Source of the DNA: a virus
Lineage: Duplodnaviria > Caudoviricetes
DNA length: 51,046 nt
IMG/VR virus record: IMGVR_UViG_3300032261_000008
Coordinates: 1 to 51,046 of that record
Reading direction: 5' to 3' (one strand)
A program made the translations under genes and the position numbers. Position 1 is the stretch's first letter. Every line of letters starts with the position of its first letter. Positions 35,390-44,619 of the stretch are shown piece by piece. Under the pieces are notes generated by a model that worked only from the letters and a program-made list of their open reading frames with translations, was not told the DNA's origin and ran no database searches.

Positions 35390-35884
35390 CTACCCTATAA
35401 TACAATACCAGCGACCAGTAGACGTTGCCGACCAGCATGATGCGCTCTTCAATGCTGCAACGGCCATGGCCGCACCAGCACTCGCCGCAGCACCACCACT
35501 GACGATAACGTCGGTCGCTGCAAACGGAAACACGTTCATACTGTTAGCAGTGTTATTGACTACGATGATGTTTAACGCCGCATCCACATTGGTTGGCGCC
35601 CCCAAGGCTGTGATCGATGGCATCTTTACACTATCGCCGATCGTCGCAACGGTCGTAACCAAGGTAAAACCGGCTGTGATCTGATAGGAATTAACCTGGG
35701 TGCCCGATGCCGTCGCGGTCACACCAAGATCAGTCGACAACGCCCGTATCCCCACCTGGCTGATGGAACGCTGCTGCGAGGTATCCCGGCCGCTGATAGT
35801 CAGCGCCAGTGCCGCCGAAGCCAGAACACCCACCAGGCCCAAAACGATGCCACCACGGACGCCTAAATTAAGCAAACGCTTCAT
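35390..35884 (-). CDS. Capsid-region beta-rich protein with a signal-peptide-like N-terminus
   Basis: Basic-hydrophobic-ALA leader; position after the decoration gene. Confidence 0.75.
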   Translation of the reverse strand: MKRLLNLGVRGGIVLGLVGVLASAALALTISGRDTSQQRSISQVGIRALSTDLGVTATASGTQVNSYQITAGFTLVTTVATIGDSVKMPSITALGAPTNVDAALNIIVVNNTANSMNVFPFAATDVIVSGGAAASAGAAMAVAALKSASCWSATSTGRWYCIIG

Positions 35885-35950
35885 GGTCCTGTCCCTCGCA
35901 AAAAGAGGCTAGGCGGAAGAGGAGCCACCGCCCGGCCCAAGGCTGGGAGG

Positions 35951-36367
35951 TTACGACTGCCATCCGCCCTCGTATTCGATGACGACAATGGCTTGTCCTG
36001 CCGTCGGTGCACCTGTGGCGTTCCATACCGCCTGCGGCAGCACATCGCCTGCCGCCGTCAACGACCGCCCCATACCACGGGTAATAGAATTGACCACCAC
36101 CGCCCCGGTCCATCCTACGTCGCCCGCCGCAACGATGTTGTTGTATGCCGCGCCAACAGTACCAACCGTCACCGTGGGCGTGGTGCCATTGAACGCTGTC
36201 ACCACCTCCACCGAAACGTTCAGAATATAAGCGCCCTGTGGCAAATAGTTCGCAAAAGGAACAGCGACACCCGAGGCGGCGTCGTTCCAATTGATGGTCT
36301 TTTTCAGCGTATTTGCAACTTGCCGCGGGTCCTGGCGGGCAGCCGTGCCTAGAACATTGGTAGCCAT
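35951..36367 (-). CDS. Capsid decoration/cement protein
   Basis: Immediately after the capsid gene; LPQGAYIL...VVTAFNG...TVG...G.A.VVIEY. Confidence 0.75.
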   Translation of the reverse strand: MATNVLGTAARQDPRQVANTLKKTINWNDAASGVAVPFANYLPQGAYILNVSVEVVTAFNGTTPTVTVGTVGAAYNNIVAAGDVGWTGAVVVNSITRGMGRSLTAAGDVLPQAVWNATGAPTAGQAIVVIEYEGGWQS

Positions 36368-36377
36368 ATCTGCCTCC

Positions 36378-37490
36378 TTAGGTCGCCGGTGCCGCGTATG
36401 TCGACATGACGATCGTGCCGTAGTCGATGTTGTTGTACTTGGTCTTCTTCATGCCGTGGATGGTGAGCGCGCTGATCTCAAGCCTGCGCTTATGATCAAA
36501 CAGTTCCTCGTTCCACGTCAGTTTGCTCGGGCCATTGTCACGACCAAAGCCCATCATGCAGGCCTGCCCACCCAGAAAGATCGCCCGCCGCACGGTCGGC
36601 ACGTCGGCGCCGGCCGCCGAAACGCCGTCGGTGACGTCATAAGCTGAGCGCAAGATGGTGGAATTGTAGATACCGATCGAACCGTTGAAGATGCGGTTGC
36701 CGGTTTCCTGTCGGCCCATCGATGCCGCTTTCTGAATATCGATGAACTGACCGGTCGAGGTGTTGCGGCGGACCGCCGTCACTTGGTAGGGATGGAGGTA
36801 TGCGACATACATATCCTCCAACGTGTTGTTGTAGTCGCTACGGCCGTTCGAGCGCGGATCGGTCCCCTTGATACGGATCGGCCGGATCAGCGGTGTCGCC
36901 GTGATAGCCGCCTCCTTGGCCTTATCGATCATGTCGAGCGTAAACGTATCGCCAGCGACCAGAAGATCGTCGGAAGTTCGGTTCGACTGCCGAATAATGC
37001 GCGATGCCGATGGTGCAGTAGCCGGGTTAAGCCCGGTATAGCGGACATCGGTCTGAACCGAATACCCGCAAACCTGGTTAAAGAATGCCACCGAATACCG
37101 CTTGGCATACCAGTCGCCGAGGCGGCTCTTGGCGGTGTTGCGCAGGTCCCATGGGACACGCTGCTGGTCGATGGTGCGCCGGCTCTTGACGCCCGCCACA
37201 GCCATCAGCTCGTTAATGACAAGCTGGTCGCTGTAGGTCGTGAGAGCCTCGCCGTTGCCTTCCGCCAGCTGGTTCTCAGAGAAACCAGCCTGCTGCAGCT
37301 GCATCACGATCGCATAGGTGATGGCATCACCCGGACCTTTCGATAATGCATCCTGCATATGGATGATACTGTTCTCATCGTCACCGATGAGAGGCGCAAT
37401 AGCCGTATATTTCAATGCTTCGTAGTCAAGGACGCGAGACCATAGCTTGACCGCCATGGTGTCATTGACGGGAAAGGAGGTAGTGGCCAT
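36378..37490 (-). CDS. Major capsid protein (N4-gp56/DUF4043 type)
   Basis: AVKLWS, KGPGDAIT, EGNGEAL..YSD, IDQQR...DLR..AK..L.DW, GMKKTKYN..DYG. Confidence 0.93.
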   Translation of the reverse strand: MATTSFPVNDTMAVKLWSRVLDYEALKYTAIAPLIGDDENSIIHMQDALSKGPGDAITYAIVMQLQQAGFSENQLAEGNGEALTTYSDQLVINELMAVAGVKSRRTIDQQRVPWDLRNTAKSRLGDWYAKRYSVAFFNQVCGYSVQTDVRYTGLNPATAPSASRIIRQSNRTSDDLLVAGDTFTLDMIDKAKEAAITATPLIRPIRIKGTDPRSNGRSDYNNTLEDMYVAYLHPYQVTAVRRNTSTGQFIDIQKAASMGRQETGNRIFNGSIGIYNSTILRSAYDVTDGVSAAGADVPTVRRAIFLGGQACMMGFGRDNGPSKLTWNEELFDHKRRLEISALTIHGMKKTKYNNIDYGTIVMSTYAAPAT

Positions 37491-37763
37491 GGTGGCACCC
37501 TTGCGGTCGCGCCCGGACCCATAAGAGCCCGTGGCACATTCTGCGATATGCGTGGGTGCAGAGTTTTTAACGCCTTAGTGCGTTCTCCCCTACTGCAGGG
37601 GGCGGAAACCGGTTAACGAGGCGGCACTCGGAGGGTTTTCGATGCCCACAAACGGGGAGGTATTCCTCCACAGAGACGCTTTACCTTGCCTAGATGTGGC
37701 GGCCAGCCCGTCTCTGAAGTCGGCATAAAGACATATTTACCTCAAACCAGAGAAAGACGCAAG

Positions 37764-37973
37764 CTAGCTATGAAACTTGGGCCGCCTATCACCGGCCATC
37801 TGCCGACGAAATATTTCTTTGGCGTTGGCTTCGTCCTTCATCATGCATTCGAAGCAAACGTTGGCACCATTTTTGCCATAGGGCCGAAGCTCGTCTTCCT
37901 TGCCGCAGTCCTCACACTTGCCATCTGGCTCGGCATAAATGAGGAAAATGTTGCCGTCTATCGTTCGGCTCAT
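37764..37973 (-). CDS. Small zinc-finger protein
   Basis: CEDCG...ELRPYG...CFEC; start at MSRTIDG after GGAG. Confidence 0.75.
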   Translation of the reverse strand: MSRTIDGNIFLIYAEPDGKCEDCGKEDELRPYGKNGANVCFECMMKDEANAKEIFRRQMAGDRRPKFHS

Positions 37974-37984
37974 TAGTTGGTCTC

Positions 37985-38230
37985 CTACCTCGAGGGAAAG
38001 TGCAAGCCACCGCCGGAACCCAAGAGGCAGCTGAAGAACGCGAAGATCACATAAACCACCATGATCGCCACGATCGCCCAAAGGATGATCTCGAGAATAC
38101 GGCCAATGATTGGAAAACCCGAGAGGCTGTCAAGGAATGGGATCAGCAAGCGGATAATGGCCACGATCGCAATGATGATGATGAGCCACACCAGCAACTG
38201 TTCGAGGAATCCAAGGTTGAAGCAGCTCAT
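37985..38230 (-). CDS. Two-TM membrane protein (holin candidate)
   Basis: Two long Ile/Val-rich helices; GGAGG RBS. Confidence 0.75.
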   Translation of the reverse strand: MSCFNLGFLEQLLVWLIIIIAIVAIIRLLIPFLDSLSGFPIIGRILEIILWAIVAIMVVYVIFAFFSCLLGSGGGLHFPSR

Positions 38231-38241
38231 ATCAGCCTCCG

Positions 38242-38577
38242 TCAGTATCGCCAGCCCCAGCGCCTGCCATAGTAGCGACGAACCATCAACGGCGGCCGAA
38301 GGCCATACACCTCGTCATCGCTCTCAGCATAGCCATTGCGATAGCCATAGGCCGAGATCGCTGGAAATGGATCGATCACGACTGGACCACCGTAGTAGCC
38401 ATAGCTCGGGCCACCACCGTAGTAGCCATAACTCGGCAATACCGGCAAAGCGCCTTGACCCCCCCAAGCCGATGCATTGCCATAACCGTCATAACAGCCG
38501 CATTTCGCTAGGACGGGAGATGTAACAAAAAATAGTGCAACAATTATTGTTATAAAAACCCTCAAGAGCATTTTCAT
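38242..38577 (-). CDS. Secreted Gly/Tyr-rich protein
   Basis: Signal peptide ending VLA; PSYGYYGG repeats. Confidence 0.7.
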   Translation of the reverse strand: MKMLLRVFITIIVALFFVTSPVLAKCGCYDGYGNASAWGGQGALPVLPSYGYYGGGPSYGYYGGPVVIDPFPAISAYGYRNGYAESDDEVYGLRPPLMVRRYYGRRWGWRY

Positions 38578-38588
38578 TGAAATTCCTC

Positions 38589-39875
38589 CTAATATCGCCC
38601 CGAGAAGTCCCGCCCCATGATCGCATCCAGTTGAGACTTCGGCATATTATCAACATAAATACCGAATTCTTCGTCGTTCATATGCAGCAGCCGCTCCATG
38701 CTCAGAGGCTCGCCTGGCGGACTGCCGCCGCCATCGGACAGCGAGCGTGACGCATTCGCACCGGCCATTTCCGCCTGTATCTGCGCCACCGCACTGGGCA
38801 TCCGTGGGGCAAGACCATTGGACATCCCGGGGGCAAGACCATTGACGGCAGGCCGGTTTTGCCCCAGCCCCCCCGATCTGGGCGCCACTGGAACTCTGGT
38901 CGGGGGTGCAGGCTGCTGCTGTTGGGGCTGCGGCGGCCGCCAACCACGCGCCTGGGCATAGCGCATGATAGAACGCGCCGGGCTGCGCCGGTTCTGCAGC
39001 GCATCACTGACCAACTGCCGTTCCTCATTGTTGAACTCGTTAATGATCTGGTCGACCTCGGCTTGCGTGAACCGTTCATTCGGGTCTCGCGGGTCCTTCT
39101 CGAAGAGCGCAAAGCTTAGCTCGAGCAGCCGGCTGTTCTTCAAAAACTGATAAGCGCCCTCGGGCCCAAAAAAGTGCTGCCCCTCCGCAGTCTGCGTAAA
39201 CCGGTTGGTGTCGTTGGTGTAGTCACGCACCATGTTCTGATAGGACAGCTGGTCTTGCGTATCCTCCTGCTGCTGCATAGAGGAATTCATCATGAATATC
39301 TGCCGGCGCTGCATCTGCGCGATCGAGGCGGCCAAATCGATATTCGGGTCGATCGTTTGCTCCAACATCGGGTTCTGCAGAATTTGCTGCTGCCGGGCGT
39401 ATTCCTGCTCTTGCGGTGTCAGTTCCCGAGGGGGTGGCGGCGCCATCAGCGCGTCATTGAGGATCGCCAGCCTTTCCGCCAGCTTGGCCTGGCTGATCCG
39501 CCCCTCTTCCAGCTGGGCTCGGAACGCCTCATTATCGGCGCGCGCCTGTTTCAACAGCCGTTGGTGCTTGCCATAAGAGATCGTGCGCTGTTCCCTGCCG
39601 GTCCGCGGATCTCGGATCACCTGATCCGGTTCATCATCCTCTTCAGGCTCAGGCTTGGGCTGTGCGGGAGCCGGTGGTGCGTGCTCTCCGGTGTCGGGCC
39701 CGGGCGCATCAGCACCCTCCTCTGGGGTTTTTGGCAGCGTCCTGTCGGCATCGCGCATCTCGTCGAAGGCTTGCTGTTCCTCCGGCGTCAGCCCCTGCTC
39801 GTTAAGCTGATCGGTCGGTTCCGGGATATGGCCTTCCTCAACGTCCCCAATTCTCTCCGCCTGCAAGCCTGCCAT
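38589..39875 (-). CDS. Capsid scaffolding protein
   Basis: Acidic N-terminus, coiled coil, C-terminal SRSLS..GG...LLHMNDEEF; between portal and capsid genes. Confidence 0.8.
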   Translation of the reverse strand: MAGLQAERIGDVEEGHIPEPTDQLNEQGLTPEEQQAFDEMRDADRTLPKTPEEGADAPGPDTGEHAPPAPAQPKPEPEEDDEPDQVIRDPRTGREQRTISYGKHQRLLKQARADNEAFRAQLEEGRISQAKLAERLAILNDALMAPPPPRELTPQEQEYARQQQILQNPMLEQTIDPNIDLAASIAQMQRRQIFMMNSSMQQQEDTQDQLSYQNMVRDYTNDTNRFTQTAEGQHFFGPEGAYQFLKNSRLLELSFALFEKDPRDPNERFTQAEVDQIINEFNNEERQLVSDALQNRRSPARSIMRYAQARGWRPPQPQQQQPAPPTRVPVAPRSGGLGQNRPAVNGLAPGMSNGLAPRMPSAVAQIQAEMAGANASRSLSDGGGSPPGEPLSMERLLHMNDEEFGIYVDNMPKSQLDAIMGRDFSGRY

Positions 39876-40224
39876 CGTCCTCTCCCTGCTGTTTCTTGTG
39901 CTCGATGATAAAATTGGCCACGTTTATCCATGTCGAGGCATCAAGCGGCCCCTGAACTGAACTGTTCCCCTTAATGACCTTGACGCACCCGAGCGGCCAT
40001 TGCGGATCCTCGAACGGGCTGAACATCTCTAACCGAAACCCGTTGAAATGCGCGCTCACAAGGTCGCGGACCTTGCCCTGTTCTCGGTTTCCCCTCACCG
40101 CAGCAACAGGGATCGGCTTGTCGACCACGACATCGTCCCATTTGACGGCATCGAGCAGCAGCAGGTGGAAATACTCTTGGGCCTGCCGAAGCATGGCGTG
40201 CCGGGCTGAGATCGTTGAGATCAT
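39838..40224 (-). CDS. Hypothetical protein (128 aa)
   Basis: ATGA overlap with the portal. Confidence 0.7.
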   Translation of the reverse strand: MISTISARHAMLRQAQEYFHLLLLDAVKWDDVVVDKPIPVAAVRGNREQGKVRDLVSAHFNGFRLEMFSPFEDPQWPLGCVKVIKGNSSVQGPLDASTWINVANFIIEHKKQQGEDDGRLAGGENWGR

Positions 40225-42764
40225 TGTTGGCCTTCTGATGGCCCCTGTAATGCCCCCGCCATTGCCGTAAAGCGGGCAATATCACTCGTCCGCCTGTTAT
40301 GCTCGTCCTGCTGCCTCAGCTGCTGCCCCTTGAGCCCCTGGTCGCCGGTCTGTTTCCGCCTTTGCAGCTCGCGTTCTGCCTGCTGGTTGTTCTGATCCAT
40401 CTGCATCTGTTGCGCATCCAACTGCTGCTGCCGGGCCGTTAAATGCGCCTGAATGCGATCGGTCAAGGCCTTGTGCCTGGCAGTCTCCGCCGTGTGGCGA
40501 TCGATCATGGCGCCGTGGGTTTCGACCGCAGCACCATGCCGGGCTACTGCGCGGTCGGTGGCGTCGTTCATCATGTTGCTGGCATGCTGCTCGCGATCGA
40601 TATTGCCCTGCTGCATGGTGTTGTGCGCGTCGATCAGCGCCTGATGCGCCTTGGCCCGATCCAGTTCAGCCTTTGCAGCCGTACTCATGGCGTCGATATG
40701 ATGCTCAAACCCAGCCACGTCGTTCTTGGCCATCAGGTTCTGCGCCATGGCCAAGTCGTAAGTCGCCGTCGATGTCGTGCCGCCGGCCTTCGCATTCTGC
40801 ATTTCCGCCGTGCTCTGATCCTTGTTGATCTCCGCCACCAGCTTAGAGATCGCCAGCTGCTTCATCGTCTCCTGCCACTGCTGCTGGCCCGGATCGGTCT
40901 GCTGCTTCTTGGCAAAGGTCTTCTTGAGCGCATCAACAAAGGCGGCCGGCAGCGGCGAATACTCCAGCGCCAGGATCAATAGCTCTGGATCAGACATGAA
41001 TTGTTCCTTGAACGCCGAGAGCATCGGCTGCATCACCGCCCAATTCGCCTCTTTCATGTTGGGCGACGTCGGCGCATCATCGACCACGACGTCATAGGTG
41101 CCTGTCGTCTTGTCCTTTGTCACCGCCACCACGCCGGCAAATTCCTGCCCGGCCACCCGCACCATCGTGCCATCCGGAATACGCGTCTGAATAAAGAATA
41201 GCCGCTTGCGTCCCACGATCTTGAGGAAACCGCGCAGGCTGTCAAACATGGTCGCAAGCACCGTCATGCCAGCCTGCTTGCGCATGTGCTCGATGATGCC
41301 AGGCTGGTCCTTGTCGGCCTGTCCGAGCAGTTCGAGGTTGATGCCGGTCACTGCCGTAATTGACTGGATCGCATAGGTAAGCAAGTTGACATAGGCAGAA
41401 GCATCACCCTGACCAGGCTTCGGCATAACCTTGGGTTTGTTGCCGCTCAATGCCCCCGGCGCCATCCACGTAATGCCCTCCGGCATCGCATAGGTCTCTT
41501 CCGCCTGCCGTTGATCATCGAACGCATCCGCCTCGGCGAGAATACCGCCCTTGGCCGTCGAGTTCATGATCTGCATGATCTGGGACATGAACTTGTTGGC
41601 CCACAATTGCGGATCGCGCATCACCCGCACCAAACCATACCACTGCCGCTTTTTGGCATCGAAGGCGCCTGTAATGACGCCCCATGAAAACTGCTGGCCA
41701 CAGGGCGCGGGATCAACCTTATCAAGTAACCCTTCGGCACCGAGGAAAGCCTGGTAGTAACGCCAGCGAAAGGCCTTACGCGAATGGATGGCGATGTTGG
41801 TACCAACCTTCTTGCCGATCTGCTTCATGCGCCCGGCGATCTTGGCATACTGATCTTCGTCATACTCCTGCACAGTGTTCGTTGCGGCATCGGCAACGCG
41901 CCAATAAGGCTCCTTTTCGCGCCATTGCACCACCACCACTGTTACCTCATTGCGATCGTCATAGTCCTCCCATAGCGCGGTATTTTCGTTCCGAATGCGC
42001 TTTTCCTCGATGCTCTTGAGCGTGGCCTCATCGAGGTAGTTCTGGTTGGCCCATTGCGCATCGATCTGCAGCCGGGTCTTACCAGGAAACATCTGCAGTG
42101 CATCGATCAACGGCATCCGGCGCAGCCGTCCCATGCGTCGCGCATCACGCAGGTTTTTCTTACGCGAGGTGCGGTCCCAAACGAACTCGCGACTGTCGAT
42201 CTGTTCCTCGATATATGATCCTTCCGGCTCGTTCTCATAGGAATAACGCGACTCGGAAACACCTAAACCAGTGCCCAATGCCTGCTGAAATGACTCTGAC
42301 TGTTCGTCTTCGGCATCACAGCCATCACCCATCCATTTCGACGTCGCGGTAAGCAACTCATTCTTGGCACTGTCGGCATTGTTGCGGGGAAGGAAGTTGA
42401 TCTCATGCCGGCCATTGATCTCCATGCCGGCAATGGCGCGCAGAATGGTCTCAACCCGGTTGAAAACAATATGCGGCCGGCCCTGCTCGTCTAACAGCTG
42501 CTTATCTTCATCCGAAAGCTGATCGCCAGAGACAAAGCCAAGGTCGTCGGTGGCTTGTTTGCGCCACTTCAGGGAATATTCGAGATCGGAAATGATATTC
42601 GCTTTGAGGATACGGAATTGCTGCTGCGGCGGCTTCTTCGACAGAGGGATCAGCGCGCGACGGTCGGCCTCATCTGTCCCCGACATCCCATCATGTTCTG
42701 AACCCGGTGTAACGTCCGAATAGTCAACATCGTCCAGAACTGCCGCCGCTGCGTTCCGCGCCAT
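40221..42764 (-). CDS. Portal protein (P22-like) with long C-terminal barrel
   Basis: GDQL...GRP.IVFN, YGLVRVMRDPQ..ANK, GTYDVVVD.AP. Confidence 0.93.
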   Translation of the reverse strand: MARNAAAAVLDDVDYSDVTPGSEHDGMSGTDEADRRALIPLSKKPPQQQFRILKANIISDLEYSLKWRKQATDDLGFVSGDQLSDEDKQLLDEQGRPHIVFNRVETILRAIAGMEINGRHEINFLPRNNADSAKNELLTATSKWMGDGCDAEDEQSESFQQALGTGLGVSESRYSYENEPEGSYIEEQIDSREFVWDRTSRKKNLRDARRMGRLRRMPLIDALQMFPGKTRLQIDAQWANQNYLDEATLKSIEEKRIRNENTALWEDYDDRNEVTVVVVQWREKEPYWRVADAATNTVQEYDEDQYAKIAGRMKQIGKKVGTNIAIHSRKAFRWRYYQAFLGAEGLLDKVDPAPCGQQFSWGVITGAFDAKKRQWYGLVRVMRDPQLWANKFMSQIMQIMNSTAKGGILAEADAFDDQRQAEETYAMPEGITWMAPGALSGNKPKVMPKPGQGDASAYVNLLTYAIQSITAVTGINLELLGQADKDQPGIIEHMRKQAGMTVLATMFDSLRGFLKIVGRKRLFFIQTRIPDGTMVRVAGQEFAGVVAVTKDKTTGTYDVVVDDAPTSPNMKEANWAVMQPMLSAFKEQFMSDPELLILALEYSPLPAAFVDALKKTFAKKQQTDPGQQQWQETMKQLAISKLVAEINKDQSTAEMQNAKAGGTTSTATYDLAMAQNLMAKNDVAGFEHHIDAMSTAAKAELDRAKAHQALIDAHNTMQQGNIDREQHASNMMNDATDRAVARHGAAVETHGAMIDRHTAETARHKALTDRIQAHLTARQQQLDAQQMQMDQNNQQAERELQRRKQTGDQGLKGQQLRQQDEHNRRTSDIARFTAMAGALQGPSEGQQ

Positions 42765-42790
42765 GTCTCATCTCGCTGGATACCCGTCTC

Positions 42791-43279
42791 TCAGCCCCCC
42801 ATCCTCTTTTCCAGTATCTTAAGCCGCTTGTCGAAGTCATCGAGATATTCGATCATGCTCTTCGGCGGCGCATTGTATTCCCCATACATCTGTTGCCGCA
42901 GCACGTTGATCTTGTCCTGCAGCATCACCGCATTGTCGTCGGTGGCATCGTACAGCATCTCAAGCGTCAATTGGCTTGGCCTCGGTTCATTCTGGATCGG
43001 TATGACCGCAGTCCAGCAATGATGCTGCTGCTGCTCACTATACTCATGAACCCGCTGCTCCCAGATCACATCCTCAGCCTCAAAACAAACAATGAGGTCG
43101 ACCGAGCCATCGTCCTCGTGCTGCTTGAGCACGACCGCGGGAAACTCAGTGCGTCCCTGTCGCATTGCACCATGGCGGCCGCGATAGACCACCCAATTGC
43201 CGATCCCAACACGTTTGATCTTCTGGATATTCGGATCGGCCTCAGCCATCCGCTTTGTCGTCTCCATGAGATGGCTCAC
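42791..43279 (-). CDS. Hypothetical protein (SH3-like N-terminal domain)
   Basis: IGNWVVY...PAVV....DGSVDL.V. Confidence 0.7.
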   Translation of the reverse strand: MSHLMETTKRMAEADPNIQKIKRVGIGNWVVYRGRHGAMRQGRTEFPAVVLKQHEDDGSVDLIVCFEAEDVIWEQRVHEYSEQQQHHCWTAVIPIQNEPRPSQLTLEMLYDATDDNAVMLQDKINVLRQQMYGEYNAPPKSMIEYLDDFDKRLKILEKRMGG

Positions 43280-43532
43280 TTTGGGGTACCTCCTTCATAA
43301 ACTGCTTGGCCGCCTTGATCGCTAATTCATTGATATCCTCGCGCAGAGGTGCCTCGATCTCTACCGTATGCTCGGTTCCCCCGGGATCAATAACACGGAA
43401 TGTCAAAACCTGCCACTGACCCTTGCCATCCGAGGTGGCACGATAGTTCATCAAGCCGTCTTTGAGACTATAGCCAGCTGGCAACTGATCTATGAAGTGC
43501 TGTCGCACCAGCCTTATTCCCGAGAGCGGCAT
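43242..43532 (-). CDS. Hypothetical protein (MPLSGIRLVR...)
   Basis: Overlapping operon position, GGAG RBS. Confidence 0.65.
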   Translation of the reverse strand: MPLSGIRLVRQHFIDQLPAGYSLKDGLMNYRATSDGKGQWQVLTFRVIDPGGTEHTVEIEAPLREDINELAIKAAKQFMKEVPQSEPSHGDDKADG

Positions 43533-43801
43533 TTCTTCTTCTCCCATGCCTCGATCATACGCTCGCTATACTCATCCGCAGCCATCAGCCTGTTTCGATC
43601 ATCAAGCTTAACCTCAATGACGTTACAACGGTCAGAGGTTGGCGGTGCGTCATAGTCGGTCACCCTGGGATCATGCCAAAGCTGAATGCGATATCGGCCA
43701 TTGGGGCCAAGGCGATCCATCAACATATGATGGGCTTGATCCAGCTGTGTCGCATGGCTGCACTCAAACATATACATCGCAGTACCTCGGTCTCTCATCA
43801 C
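43514..43801 (-). CDS. Hypothetical protein (95 aa)
   Basis: Operon position. Confidence 0.65.
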   Translation of the reverse strand: MMRDRGTAMYMFECSHATQLDQAHHMLMDRLGPNGRYRIQLWHDPRVTDYDAPPTSDRCNVIEVKLDDRNRLMAADEYSERMIEAWEKKKCRSRE

Positions 43802-43813
43802 TCTTTCCTGTCA

Positions 43814-43832
43814 AAATACTTGCACCAGCCCT
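43814..43832. repeat. 19-bp direct repeat AAATACTTGCACCAGCCCT (partner 44636..44654)
   Basis: Exact match; the two copies flank the PAPS-reductase-like gene. Confidence 0.9.
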
Positions 43833-43834
43833 GA

Positions 43835-44614
43835 CTATACACCGCACATCCCCTCACATTCATTGTTGAAAAGATCAGGCTGACCGATCTCGGCATCACT
43901 GCGAAGATCTACTTCCGCCAACAGCTTGCATGACCGATGCATGAATTGTTGTCCTTTCATCTTCGCCTGATGGCGGATGGCTGTATCGACTTTAATCGCA
44001 TCAGCCAATTCCTCACTGCTCAATGACCGCCATTGCGCATCAGAATGAAATGGACACCCAATGCAAGAAGACTTCGGAGCATTCCAACCGGCGCGATCGA
44101 GCCACGCATGACAGTCCGCACGGTTCATTCTTAATTCGATCAATGGCCATCGGTTAACGACATACTGCACGCGCGATGGTTTCATGCGGAAAGCTTCATC
44201 GGTGGAGATGCCAAGCCACATCTCCGTGGCACCCTTTGCGCGCCGACCGCCGTACATCTCCACGATCTTGCGACGAACTGGCTCGAGCTTGTAATGCGCA
44301 GTACATTGCCGGCGACCCATGCCGATCGATCCATCAGTCTTGATAATAAACCAGGGAACCGCAGCATATTGTCCAGCGCGAGCCGATACCCCGGCGATCA
44401 TGTCATCGCGAATATTGCTCGTGCTGACCCGATAGACTGGAAACGCTAAAACTTTCTCTAGCCGGCCAAGATGCTCGTAGACCGCCCTAGGCTCCCAACC
44501 CGTATCGGCAAAGATCGCACAGTCCGGCATAGGTCCGATCTCTCGCTTTGTCGCCATCAACGCAAGCGTCGTCGACTGCACACCAGCCCCGAGAGAAATG
44601 ATCCTCAATACCAT
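43835..44614 (-). CDS. PAPS-reductase/PP-loop-family protein (phage type, Cys-rich)
   Basis: ISLGAGVQST, FADTGWE, RQCT..YK, GISTDE, KSSCIGCPF, CEGMCGV. Confidence 0.85.
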   Translation of the reverse strand: MVLRIISLGAGVQSTTLALMATKREIGPMPDCAIFADTGWEPRAVYEHLGRLEKVLAFPVYRVSTSNIRDDMIAGVSARAGQYAAVPWFIIKTDGSIGMGRRQCTAHYKLEPVRRKIVEMYGGRRAKGATEMWLGISTDEAFRMKPSRVQYVVNRWPLIELRMNRADCHAWLDRAGWNAPKSSCIGCPFHSDAQWRSLSSEELADAIKVDTAIRHQAKMKGQQFMHRSCKLLAEVDLRSDAEIGQPDLFNNECEGMCGV

Positions 44615-44619
44615 AATTA

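Noticed and set aside
43696-43708. GGCC-ATTGG-GGCC resembling the leader hairpin
   Set aside because: Only a 4-bp stem, antisense inside a coding gene, with no promoter or GAGCATCAC
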